The notes beneath the pieces are model-generated. The model had not been told where the DNA came from. It saw nothing but the letters and a program-made list of their open reading frames with translations, and did not search any database. 64,000 nt of DNA from Eledone cirrhosa (taxonomy: Eukaryota), in assembly GCA_964016885.1 (NCBI GenBank), contig OZ024740.1, positions 8,556,001-8,620,000 on the forward strand. The letters are read 5' to 3'. This document shows positions 30,801-41,775 of this stretch, piece after piece (the stretch's first letter is position 1; each line of letters starts with the position of its first letter). A program made the position numbers and the translations under genes.

Positions 30801-33800
30801 TTTCTATTGGTATGTCAGTTTCGATTGGTATGTCAGTTTCTACTGGTATATCAGTTTCGATTGTTATATCAGTTTCGATTAGTATATCAGTTTCGACTGG
30901 TATGTCAGTTTCGATTAGTATATCAGTTTCTATTGGTATGTCAGTTTCGATTGGTATATCAGTTTTGATTCGTATATCAGTTCCTATTGCTATATCAGTT
31001 TCAATTGGTATGTAAGTTTCGATTGGTATATCAGTTTCGATGGGTATGTCAGTTTCAATTAGTATATTAGTTTTGATTGGTATGTCAATTTCAATTAGTA
31101 TATCAGTTTCTATTGGTATATCAGTTTCGATTGGTATGTCAGTTTCTATTAGTATATCAGTTTCTATAGGTATGTCAGTTTCTATTGGTATATCAGTATC
31201 GATTGGTATGTCAGTTTTGATTGGTATATCAGTTTCGATTGGTATGTCAGTTTCGATTGGTATGTCAGTTTCGATTGGTATATCAGTTCCGATTGGTATG
31301 TCAATTTCGATTGGTATATCAGTTTCTATTGGTATGTAAGTTTCAATTGGTATGTCAGTTTCTACTGGTATATCAGTTTCGATTGATATATCAGTTTCGA
31401 TTAGTATATCAGTTTCTACTGGTATGTCAGTTTCGATTAGTATATCAGTTTCTATTGGTATGTCAGTTTCGATTGGTATATCAGTTTTGATTCGTATATC
31501 AGTTCCTATTGCTATATCAGTTTCAATTGGTATGTAAGTTTCGATTGGTATATCAGTTTCGATGGGTATGTCAGTTTCAATTAGTATATTAGTTTTGATT
31601 GGTATGTCAATTTCAATTAGTATAACAGTTTCTATTGGTATATCAGTTTCGATTGGTATGTCAGTTTCTATTAGTATATCAGTTTCTATAGGTATGTCAG
31701 TTTCTATTGGTATATCAGTTTCGATTGGTATGTCAGTTTCTATTGGTATATCAGTTTCGATGGATACATCAGTTTCGATTAGTATGTCAGTTTCTACTGG
31801 TATGTCAGTTTGGATTGGTATGTCAGTTTCGATTGGTATATCAGTTTCGATTAGTATGTTAGTTTCAATTGGAATATCAGTTTCGATTGGTATATCAGTT
31901 TCGACTGGTAGATCAGTTTCGATCAGTATAATCAGTTTCTATTGGTATGTCAGTTTCTATTGGAATATCAGTATCGATTGGTATATCAGTTTCGATTAGT
32001 ATGTCAGTATCTATTGGTATGTTAGTTTCGATTAGTATATCAGTTTCTATTGGTATGTCAGTTTCGATCGGTATGTCAGTTTCTATTGGTATATCAGTTT
32101 CTATTGGTATGTCAGTTTTGATTGGTATGTCAGTTTCGATTGGTATGTCAGTATCGATTGGTATATCAGTTTCAATTGGTATGTCAGTTTCGATTGATAT
32201 GTCAGTTTCGATTGGTATATCAGTTCCGATTGGTATGTCAGTTTCGATTGGTATGTCAGTTTTGATTGGTATATCAATTTCGATTGGTATGTCAGTTTTG
32301 ATTGGTATGTCAGTTTCGATTGGTATGTCAATTTCGATTGGTATATCAGTTTCAATTAGTATGTCAGTTTCTATTGGTATGTTAGTTTTGATTAGTAAAT
32401 CACTTTCTATTGGTATGTCAGTTTCGATTGGTATGTCTGTTTCTATTGATATATCAGTTTCGATTGGTATATCAGTTTTGATTGGTATATCAGTTTTGAA
32501 TGGTATGTCAGTTTCGATTGGTATGTCAGTTTCGATTGGTATATCAGTTCCGATTGGTATGTCAGTTTAGATTGGTATGTCAGTTTCGATTGGTATATCA
32601 GTTTCGATTGGTATTTCAGGTTCGATTGCTACGTAATTTCGATGGGTATATTAGTTTCTATTGGTATGTCAGTTTCAATTAGTATATCAGTTTCTATTGG
32701 TATGTCAGTTTCGATTGGTATATCAGTTTTGATTTGTATATGAGTTCCTATAGCTATATCAGTTTCTATTGGTATGTCAGTTTCTATTGGTATATCAGCT
32801 TCGATTGGTATATCAGTTTCTATTGGTATATCAGTTTCTATTGGTATGTCAGTTTTGATTGGTATGTCAGTTTCGATTTGTATGTCAGTTTCGATTGGTA
32901 TATCAGTTTCGATTGGTATGTCAGTTTCGATTGATATGTCAGTTTCGATTGGTATATCAGTTCCGATTTGTATGTCAGTTTCGATTGGTATGTCAGTTTC
33001 GATTGGTATATCAGTTTCGATTGGTATGTCAGTTTTGATTGGTATGTCAATTTCGATTGGTATATCAGTTTCGATTAGTATGTCAGTTTCTATTGGTTTG
33101 TTAGTTTCGATTAGTATATCACTTTCTATTGGTATGTCAGTTTCGATTGGTATGTCTGTTTCTATAGATATATCAGTTTCGATTGGTATATCAGTTTTGA
33201 TTGGTATATCAGTTTTGAATGGTATGTCAGTTTCGATTGGTATGTCAGTTTCGATTGGTATATCAGTTCCGATTGGCATGTCAGTTTAGATTGGTATGTC
33301 AGTTTAGATTGGTATATCAGTTTCGATTGGTATGTCAGGTTCGATTGGTACGTAATTTTAATGGGTATATTAGTTTCTATTGGTATGTCAGTTTCAATTA
33401 GTATATCAGTTTCTATTGGTATGTCAGTTTCGATTGGTATATCAGTTTTGATTTGTGTATGAGTTCCTATATCTATATCAGTTTCTATTGGTATGTCAGT
33501 TTCAATTGGTTTGCAAGTTTCGATTAGTATATCAGTTTCTATTGGTATGTCAGTTTCTATTGGTATATCAGCTTCGATTGGTATATCAGTTTCTATTGGT
33601 ATATCAGTTTCTATTGGTATGTCAGTTTCGATTGGTATGTCAGTTTCGATTGGTATGTCAGTTTCGATTGGTATATCAGTTTCAATTGGTATGTCAGTTT
33701 CGATTGGTATTTCAGTTTCTATCGGTATATCAGTTTCGATTGGTATATCAGCTTCGATTAGTATGTCAGTTTCTATTGGTATGTCAGTTTTGATCAGTAT

Positions 33801-35234
33801 ATCAGTTTCTATTGGTATGTCAGTTTTGATTGGTATGTCAATTTCGATTGGTATATCAGTCTCGATTAGTATGTCAGTTTCTATTGGTATGTTAGTTTCG
33901 ATTGGTATGTCTGTTTCTATTGAGATATCAGTTTCGATTGTTATATCTGTTTTGATTGGTATATCAGTTTCGATTGGTATGTCAGTTTCTATTGGTATAT
34001 CAGTTTCTATTGGTATGTCAGTTTTGATTGGTATATCACTTTTGAATGGTATGTCAGTTTCGATTGGTATGTCAGTTTAGATTGGTATGTCGGTTTCGAT
34101 TGGTATATCAGTTTCGATTGGTATGTCAGTTTCGATTGGTACGTAAATTTCGATGGGTATATTAGTTTCTATTGGTATGTCAGTTTCTATTGGTATATCA
34201 GCTTCGATTGGTATATCAGTTTAGATTAGTGTGTTAGTTTCTATTGGTATGTCAGTTTTGATTGGTATATCAATTTCGATTGGTATGTCAGTTTCGATTT
34301 GTATGTCAGTTTCGATGGGTATATCAGTTCCGATTGGTATGTCAATTTCGATTGGTATATCAGTTTCTATTGTTATGTCAGTTTCGATTGGTGTGTCAGT
34401 TTTCATTGGTATATCAGTTTCGATTGATATATCAGTTTCGATTAGTATATCAGTTTCTACTGGTATGGCAGTTTCGATTAGTATATCAGTTTCTATTGGT
34501 ATATCAGCTTCGATTGGTTATCAGTTTAGATTAGTGTGTTAGTTTCTATTGGTATGTCAGTTTTGATTGGTATATCAATTTCGATTGGTATGTCAGTTTC
34601 GATTGGTATGTCAGTTTCGATGGGTATATCAGTTCCGATTGGTATGTCAATTTCGATTGGTATATCAGTTTCTATTGTTATGTCAGTTTCGATTGGTATG
34701 TCAGTTTTTATTGGTATATCAGTTTCGATTGATATATCAGTTTCGATTAGTATATCAGTTTCTACTGGTATGTCAGTTTCGATTAGTATATCAGTTTCTA
34801 TTGGTATGTCAGTTTCGATTGGTATATCAGTTTTGATTTGTATATGAGTTCCTATAGCTATATCAGTTTCTATTGGTATGTCAGTTTCAATTGGTATGTA
34901 AGTTTCGATTAGTATATCAGTTTCTATTGGTATGTCAGTTTCTATTGGTATATCAGCTTCGATTGGTATATAAGTTTCGATTAGTGTGTTAGTTTCTATT
35001 GGTATGTCAGTTTTGATTGGTATATCAGTTTCGATTGGTATGTCAGTTTCGATTGGTATGTCAGTTTCGATTGGTATATCAGTTCCAATTGGTATGTCAA
35101 TTTCGATTGGTATATCAGTTTCTATTGGTATGTCAGATTCAATTGGTATGTCAGTTTCTATTGGTACATCAGTTTCGATTGGTATATCAGTTTCGATTCG
35201 TATGTCAGTTTCTATTATTATGTCAGTTTGTATT
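1..35234. repeat. 18-bp satellite array, left domain (consensus ATTGGTATRTCAGTTTCK) with higher-order repeat structure
   Basis: Continuous head-to-tail 18-mers in one orientation. Recurrent diagnostic variants: ATTTGTATATGAGTTCCTATAGCTAT, GGTACGTAA(A)TTTCGATGGG (17- or 18-bp form) and the 19-bp AGTATAATCAG monomer. The array continues beyond the left edge; the last ~100 bp already carry right-domain variants. Confidence 0.98.
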
Positions 35235-37481
35235 AAGCTAAAGGACCCCACAGCCAAAAATAAATTTCAAAACATATTACTTGATGCTTTCGACAGTAAG
35301 GAAGAACACTTAGAGTCGGACAATATAGAGGGACAGTGGGAATTTCTGAAAGCAAACCTGCTGTTGGCGACAGACGAAGTCTGTGGCTGGAGCAGGCCTG
35401 TAGGCAGGAGAAGAGTAACATGGTGGTGGAACAGTAAGGTGGAGGGGTCAATTAAGGCCAAAAAGCAGGCTTAGAAAGTATGGCGGGATGGGGGATGTAG
35501 AGAAGACTATCAAGTGGCCAGGAGGGAAGCTAGGAGACAAGTGTACTTAGCAAGAAGGGAAGCTGAGGAAAGAAAGTTCAAGCATGTTCTACAACGCGAT
35601 GACCAAAAACGTGAGGTGTTCAGGATTGCTAGGCAATGCGTCAAGGATAACCGTGATATTGTCGGGGAGAAGTGTGTACTAAACGACGATGGCACACTTG
35701 CCATCACCGACGCTGATAAGAAGGTAGCTTGGAAGTGTCACTATGAAAGGCTACTAAAGGAGGAGAATAAATGGGAGAAAGACAGTCTCCCCCATATCGA
35801 CCTAATAGCGGGACCAGCAGTGTTAGTCGAGGGGAGTATAATAAGTAAGGCAATCAAGGATATGAAGACGGGTAAGGCGGCTGGGCCTTCGGAAATAGTT
35901 GCTGAGATGCTGAAGGCATCTGGCACGGTGGCACACACCATGGTCACCCACATAGTTAATCAAGTCGTACAGAATGGGGTTGTTCCGAAGGACTGGCATA
36001 GCAGCATCATCGTTAACTGTTATAAGGGTAAAGGAGACGCCCTAGATAGGAGTAACTATAGAGGCATTAAATTAATCGACCAGGTCATGAAGGTCACGGA
36101 AAAAGTAATAGCGCAACTAATCAGAGAGAGAATTGACCTAGATGAAATGCAGTTCGGGTTTGTGTCAGGCAAAAGTACCACAGACGCTCTTTTCATAGAA
36201 CGACAACTACAGGAGAAGTACCTAGCTAAAGGTAAACCCCTCTACTTAGCTTTTGTCGACTTGGAGAAAGCCTTCGACAGAGTCCCCCGCTCCATTATCT
36301 GGTGGGCTCTTAGAAAACTAGGCGTTGACGAATGGCTTGTGAGGGCTATACAAGCCATGTATAAAGAAACAGTCAGCAAGGTTAGAATTAACAACGAATA
36401 TAGTGAAGAGTTTAGCGTAAAAGTTGGCGTCCATCAGGGCTCTGTTCTCAGCCCACTACTATTTATTATTGCCCTTCAGGCTATAACAGAGGAGTTCAAG
36501 ACAGGCTGCCCATGGGAACTCCTATACGCAGACGACCTGACACTCATAGCGGAATCAATGGCCGAGCTAGAGGAGAAATTCCAAACATGGAAGCACGGCC
36601 TAGAGTCAAAAGGACTTAAAATTAACCTGGCTAAGACCAAAGTACTAGTTTGTAGGAAAGAAAACAAGGCGGCGGTCCCTTCTGGGAAATGGTCGTGCTC
36701 GGTGTGTAGGAAAGGCGTAGGTAGAAACTCCATTTTATGTCCTAAATGCAAAGTATGGGTGCATAAAAGATGTAGTGGGATCACAGGTAAGCTAACTAAG
36801 AATATAGATTTTACATGTGGCCGGTGCTCTGGTGCAATAAGTAGCAGCAAGTGCCCACAAAATACTAGCTCTTTCAATTGCGCAGAGGGTTCTATAGAAA
36901 TAGTGGACAGCTTCCGTTACCTGGGCGATAAAATCAGCAGTGGGGGAGGGTGCTCTGAAAGTACTGTAGCTAGAGTCAGAACTGGTTGGAAAAAGTTCAG
37001 AGAGCTTATACCACTATTAGCTGCTAAAGGGTTCTCCCTAAAAATGAAAGGCAGGTTGTACGATGCCTGCATACGAACAGCAATGCTGCATGGCAGTGAG
37101 ACCTGGGCATTGCGTGCAGAGGATATACGCAGACTAGAGAGGAACGAAGCTTGCATGCTCCGCTGGATGTGTAACAGTAATATACGTGAACGGCAAAGCA
37201 TAAACGAACTAAGGAAAAAATTAGAGATGAGAGGGATCAGATGTTGTTTACTCGAGAGAAGGCTACGTTGGTATGGACACGTGATGCGCATGAAAGTCGA
37301 TAGCTGTATAACAAAGTGCAGGGCAATAAAGATAGACGGTAGTCACGGAATAGGCAGACCTAGAAAAACCTGGGACGAGCTGATAAACTCCGACATCACA
37401 CACTTACACCTCTCCAAGACAATGTCACTGGACCGAGACCTTTGGCGGTACTCAGTAACAGAGAAGACCCGCCTTACCTAA
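35235..37481 (+). pseudogene. Truncated LINE ORF: reverse transcriptase with embedded PHD-type finger; one premature stop, then 655 open codons (35514-37481)
   Basis: Motifs KAAGPS, NYRGIKL, QFGF, FVDLEKAFDRV, GVHQGSVLSPLLF, YADD (36525-36536) and FRYLG. TAG at 35472-35474 where the sister copy has TGG. Confidence 0.93.
36696..36827 (+). other. PHD-type (C4HC3) zinc-finger coding segment within the RT
   Basis: C-x2-C-x10-C-x2-C-x4-H-x2-C-x12-F-x-C-x2-C, with W two residues before the His. The same pattern is at 52273-52404 (+) and 57030-57161 (-). Confidence 0.85.
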
Positions 37482-37859
37482 ATATATAGTAAAACCTACT
37501 CCAGCCAGTAGGCATCTCTAACAAAATACACACCGTCCCACCACCACCACCCTCACCCCATCCACACCACCCCGTTCTATGTAAAGTTATGTTGGTGCCG
37601 CGCCATCGAGGCCGAAACAAATGAGATCGTGTAGGTGTCACGACAAAAAAACACACAGTCCACGCTGTAATGTGGCCGTGTAGGCAACACGGTAAAAACC
37701 TCCCAGACCCACACTGTAAATGTGGTCGGTGTTAGGAAGGGCATCCAACTGTAGAAAACCTGCCAGACAGTCCTATGCGAGCAAGACAATCACTCTTGCC
37801 TCAAGTGGGACTACCCCCGTCCAAACCCATGCAAGCTTGGAACACGGACGTTAAACGTT

Positions 37860-37884
37860 GATGATTATGATGATGATGATGATG
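37860..37884 (+). repeat. (GAT)n 3' tail of LINE
   Basis: GATGATTATGATGATGATGATGATG follows CGGACGTTAAACGTT. Equivalent tails end the other three elements. Confidence 0.95.
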
Positions 37885-40800
37885 TCAGTTTCGATTGGTA
37901 TATCAGTTTAGATTAATATGTCAGTTTCTATTGGTATATCAGTTTCGAATGCAATGTCAATCTCGATTGGTATGTCAATTTCGATTGGTATATCAGTTTC
38001 GATTGGTATATCAGTTACTATTGGTATGTCAGTTTCGATTGGTATGTCAGTTTCTATTGGTATATCAGTTTCTATTGGTATATCAGTTCCGATTGGTATG
38101 TCAATTTCGATTGGTATGTCAGTCTTGAATGGTATGTCAATCTCTATTCGTATGTCAATTTCGATTGGTATATCAGTTTCGATTAGAATGTCTGTTTCTA
38201 TAGGTATGTCAGTTTCGATTAGTTTATCAGTTTCTATTGGTATGTCAGTTTCGATTGGTATGTCAGATTCTATTGGTATATCAGTTTATATTGGTATGTT
38301 TGTTTCTAATGGTATATCAGTTTCTATTGGTATATCAGTTTCTATTGGTATGTCAGTTTCGATTGGTATGTCAGTTTCGATTATTATATCATTTACTATT
38401 GGTATGTCAGTTTCGATTGGTATGTCAGTTTCTATAAGTATGTCAGTTTCTATTGGTATATCAGTTTCGATTGGTATGTCAGTTTTGATTGTTTGTCAGT
38501 TTCTATTGGTATGTCAGTTTCGATTAGTTTATCAGTTTCTATTGGTATGTCCGTTTCGATTGGTATGTCAGTTTCGATTGGTATATCAGTTTCGATTAGT
38601 ATGTCAATTTCTATTGGTATATCAGTTTCGACTGGTATATCACTTTTGATTTGTATGTCAGTTTCTATTGGTACATCAGTTCCTATTGGTATGTCAGTTT
38701 CGATTGATATGTCAATTTCTATTGTTATATCAGTATCAATTGGTATGTCAGTTTCTATTGGTATATCAGTTTCGAATGGTATATCAGTTTCGAATGGTAT
38801 ATCAGTTCCTATTTGTATGTCAGTTTCGATTGGTATGTCAGTTTCTATTGGTATATCAGTTTCTATTGGTATGTCTGTTTCTATTGGTATATCTGTTTCG
38901 ATTGGTATATCAGTTTCGAATGGTATGTCAATCTCAATTGGTATGTCAGTTTCGATTGGTATATCAGTTTCTATTGGTATGTCAGTTTCGATTAGTATGT
39001 CAGTTTCTATTGGTATATCAGTTCCTATTGGTATATAAGTTTCGATTGGTATGACAGTTTCTATTGGTATGTCAGTTTCGATTATTATATCAGTTACTAT
39101 TGGTATGTCAGTTTCGATTGGTATGTCAGTTTCGATTGGTATGTCAGTTTCTATTGGTATATCAGTTTCTATTGGTATGTCAGTTACTATTAGTATATCA
39201 GTTTCTATATGTATGTCAGTTTCTATTGGTATATCAGTTTCGATTGGTATATCAGTTTCGATTGGTATGTCAGTTTCGATTGGTATATCAGTTTCTATTG
39301 GCATGTCAGTTTCGATTAGTTTATCAGTTTCAATTGGTATGTCAGTTTCGATTGGTATATCAGTTTTGATTGGTATGTCAGTTTCGATTGGTATATCAGT
39401 TTCTATTGTTATGTCAGTTTCGATTAGTTTATCAGTTTCAATTGGTATGTCAGTTTCGATTGGTATATCAGTTTTGATTGGTATGTCAGTTACTATTAGT
39501 ATATCAGTTTCTATATGTATGTCAGTATCTATTGGTATATCAGTTTCTATTGGTATGTCAGTTTCGATTGGTGTGTCAGATTCTATTGGTATATCAGTTT
39601 CTATTGGTATGTCTGTTTCTATTGCTATATCAGTTTAGATTGTTATGTCAGCTTCGATTGGTATGTAAGTTTCGATTGGTATATCAGTTTCAATTGGTAT
39701 GTCAGTTTCTATTGGTATATCAGTTTCGATTGGTATGTCAGTTTCGATTGGTATATAAGTTTCGAATGGAATGTCAATCTCGATTGGTATGTCAATTTCG
39801 ATTGGTATATCAAATTCGATTGGTAAATCAGTTACTATTGGTATGTCAGTTTCGATTGGTATGTCAGTTTTGATTAGTATATCAGTTACTATTGGTATGT
39901 CAGTTTAGATTGGTATGTCAGTTTCGATTGGTATGTCAGTTTCTATTGGTATGTTTGTTTCTAATGGTATATCAGTTTCTATTGGTATATCAGTTTCTAT
40001 TGGTATGTCAGTTTCGATTGGTATGTCAGTTTCGATTATTATATCATTTACTATTGGTATGTCAGTTTCGATTGGTATGTCAGTTTCTATAAGTATGTCA
40101 GTTTCTATTGGTATATCAGTTTCGATTGGTATGTCAGTTTTGATTGTTTGTCAGTTTCTATTGGTATGTCAGTTTCGATTAGTTTATCAGTTTCTATTGG
40201 TATGTCAGTTTCGATTGGTATGTCAGTTTCGATTGGTATATCAGTTTCGATTAGTATGTCAATTTCTATTGGTATATCAGTTTCGACTGGTATATCACTT
40301 TTGATTGGTATGTCAGTTTCTATTGGTACATCAGTTCCTATTGGTATGTCAGTTTCGATTGATATGTCAATTTCTATTGTTATATCAGTATCAATTGGTA
40401 TGTCAGTTTCTATTGGTATATCAGTTTCGAATGGTATATCAGTTTCGAATGGTATATCAGTTTCTATTTGTATGTCAGTTTCGATTGGTATCTCAGTTTC
40501 TATTGGTATATCAGTTTCTATTGGTATGTCTGTTTCTATTGGTATATCTGTTTCGATTGGTATATCAGTTTCGAATGGTATGTCAATCTCAATTGGTATG
40601 TCAGTTTCGATTGGTATATCAGTTTCTATTGGTATGTCAGTTTCGATTAGTATGTCAGTTTCTATTGGTATATCAGTTCCTATTGGTATATCAGTTTCGA
40701 TTGGTATGGCAGTTTCTATTGGTATGTCAGTTTCGATTATTATATCAGTTACTATTGGTATGTCAGTTTCGATTGGTATGTCAGTTTCTATTGGTATATC

Positions 40801-41429
40801 AGTTTCTATATGTATGTCAGTTTCTATTGGTATATCAGTTTCGATTGGTATATCAGTTTCGATTGGTATGTCAGTTTCGATTGGTATATCAGTTTCTATT
40901 GGCATGTCAGTTTCGATTAGTTTATCAGTTTCAATTGGTATGTCAGTTTCGATTGGTATATCAGTTTTGATTGGTATGTCAGTTTCGATTGGTATATCAG
41001 TTTCTATTGTTATGTCAGTTTCGATTAGTTTATCAGTTTCAATTGGTATGTTAGTTTCGATTGGTATATCAGTTTTGATTGGTATGTCAGTTACTATTAG
41101 TATATCAGTTTCTATATGTATGTCAGTATCTATTGGTATATCAGTTTCTATTGGTATGTCAGTTTCGATTGGTGTGTCAGATTCTATTGGTATATCAGTT
41201 TCTATTGGTATGTCTGTTTCTATTGCTATATCAGTTTAGATTGTTATGTCAGTTTCGATTGGTATGTAAGTTTCGATTGGTATATCAGTTTCAATTGGTA
41301 TGTCAGTTTCTATTGGTATAACAGTTTCGATTGGTATGTCAGTTTCGATTGGTATATAAGTTTCGAATGGAATGTCAATCTCGATTGGTATGTCAATTTC
41401 GATTGGTATATCAAATTCGATTGGTAAAT
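37885..41429. repeat. 18-bp satellite, right-domain type, containing a ~1.6-kb tandem duplication
   Basis: Same monomer with different variants (GAATGCAATGTCAATCTCG, TTAGATTAATATG, TTACTATT, CAGATTCT, ATTATTATATC). Landmarks repeat at offsets 1655 (38493/40148) and 1601 (39515/41116). Confidence 0.96.
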
Positions 41430-41775
41430 GGAGGCACATGGCTTAGTGGTTAGAGCATTGGCCTGGCAATCGAAAGGTTGTGAGTTCAATTCTCAGACCG
41501 GGTGATGTGTTGTTTCCTTGAGCAAGACACTTTATTTCACATTGCTCCAGTTTACTCAGCTGTAGAAATGAGATGATAGGGACTGGGGTCCATATCATTC
41601 CACTGCAAAGTGGTCGTGGAGGTGCCACGGCAAAAAAGCACCCAGCACTCACTGTAAATGAGGTTGGTGTTAGGAAGGGCATCCAGCTGTAGAAATCAAG
41701 CCAGAATCAGTTCCCGTCCCACCCTTGCAAGCAGGGAAAAGCGGACGTAAAATGATGATGATGATGATGATGATG
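41430..41775 (+). mobile_element. tRNA-derived SINE with CORE-like central domain and RTE-derived 3' tail
   Basis: Head has Pol III A and B boxes. The centre, CCTTGAGCAAGACACTTT...CAGTTTACTCAGCTGTAGAAATGAG, resembles the MIR/CORE consensus as recalled. 41600-41750 matches the 3' UTR of the minus-strand LINE. (ATG)n tail; TSD AAAT at 41426-41429 and 41776-41779. Confidence 0.92.
41439..41494 (+). promoter_or_regulatory. Internal RNA polymerase III type 2 promoter of the SINE (A box and B box)
   Basis: A box TGGCTTAGTGG at 41439-41449. B box GAGTTCAATTCTC at 41482-41494 in a T-arm-like stem (TGAG/CTCA). Spacing is tRNA-like. Confidence 0.85.

Larger units (their letters stand above)
35235..37884 (+). 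mobile_element. RTE-clade LINE, family A, 5'-truncated copy (no endonuclease domain) with 3' UTR and (GAT)n tail
   Basis: Collinear and near-identical to 50813-53456. Contains a non-LTR RT ORF, a ~380-bp 3' UTR and a trinucleotide tail. Probable TSD ATGTCAGTTT at 35220-35229 and 37882-37891. The RTE assignment rests on the single-ORF APE-RT layout of the sister copy, the RLRWYGHV..R and RPRKTW C-terminal motifs, and the short tandem-repeat tail. Confidence 0.93.

Noticed and set aside
1-35234. CRISPR array (GTTTC...ATTG resembles CRISPR repeat ends)
   Set aside because: Monomers are directly adjacent with no unique spacers, there are no cas genes, and the context is eukaryotic.
1-35234. Satellite-encoded hammerhead ribozyme (minus strand contains GAAAC and CTGA)
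   Set aside because: The core needs CUGANGA plus three helices. The repeat gives CUGAYAU and no suitable stems.
34986-35474. Satellite-LINE chimeric ORF (also 49240-49965, 53434-54024, 54939-56117, 41725-41907)
   Set aside because: Chance read-through across insertion junctions. The poly-Met and poly-Ile runs are just the (GAT)n tails.
35514-37481. Bacterial RT system (retron, group II intron, DGR) or telomerase-like RT synthesising the repeat
   Set aside because: The APE domain, 5' truncations, TSDs and (GAT)n tails identify non-LTR retrotransposons, and no template for the 18-mer is seen inside the elements.
35233-37789. Antisense ORFs within the LINEs (e.g. 36476-36877, 36917-37291, and counterparts in other copies)
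   Set aside because: They are shadows of the RT reading frame with no recognisable motifs.
41430-41502. Functional tRNA gene
   Set aside because: A and B boxes are present, but there is no good acceptor or anticodon stem, and the head continues into CORE-like and LINE-derived sequence bounded by a TSD, so it is a SINE head.
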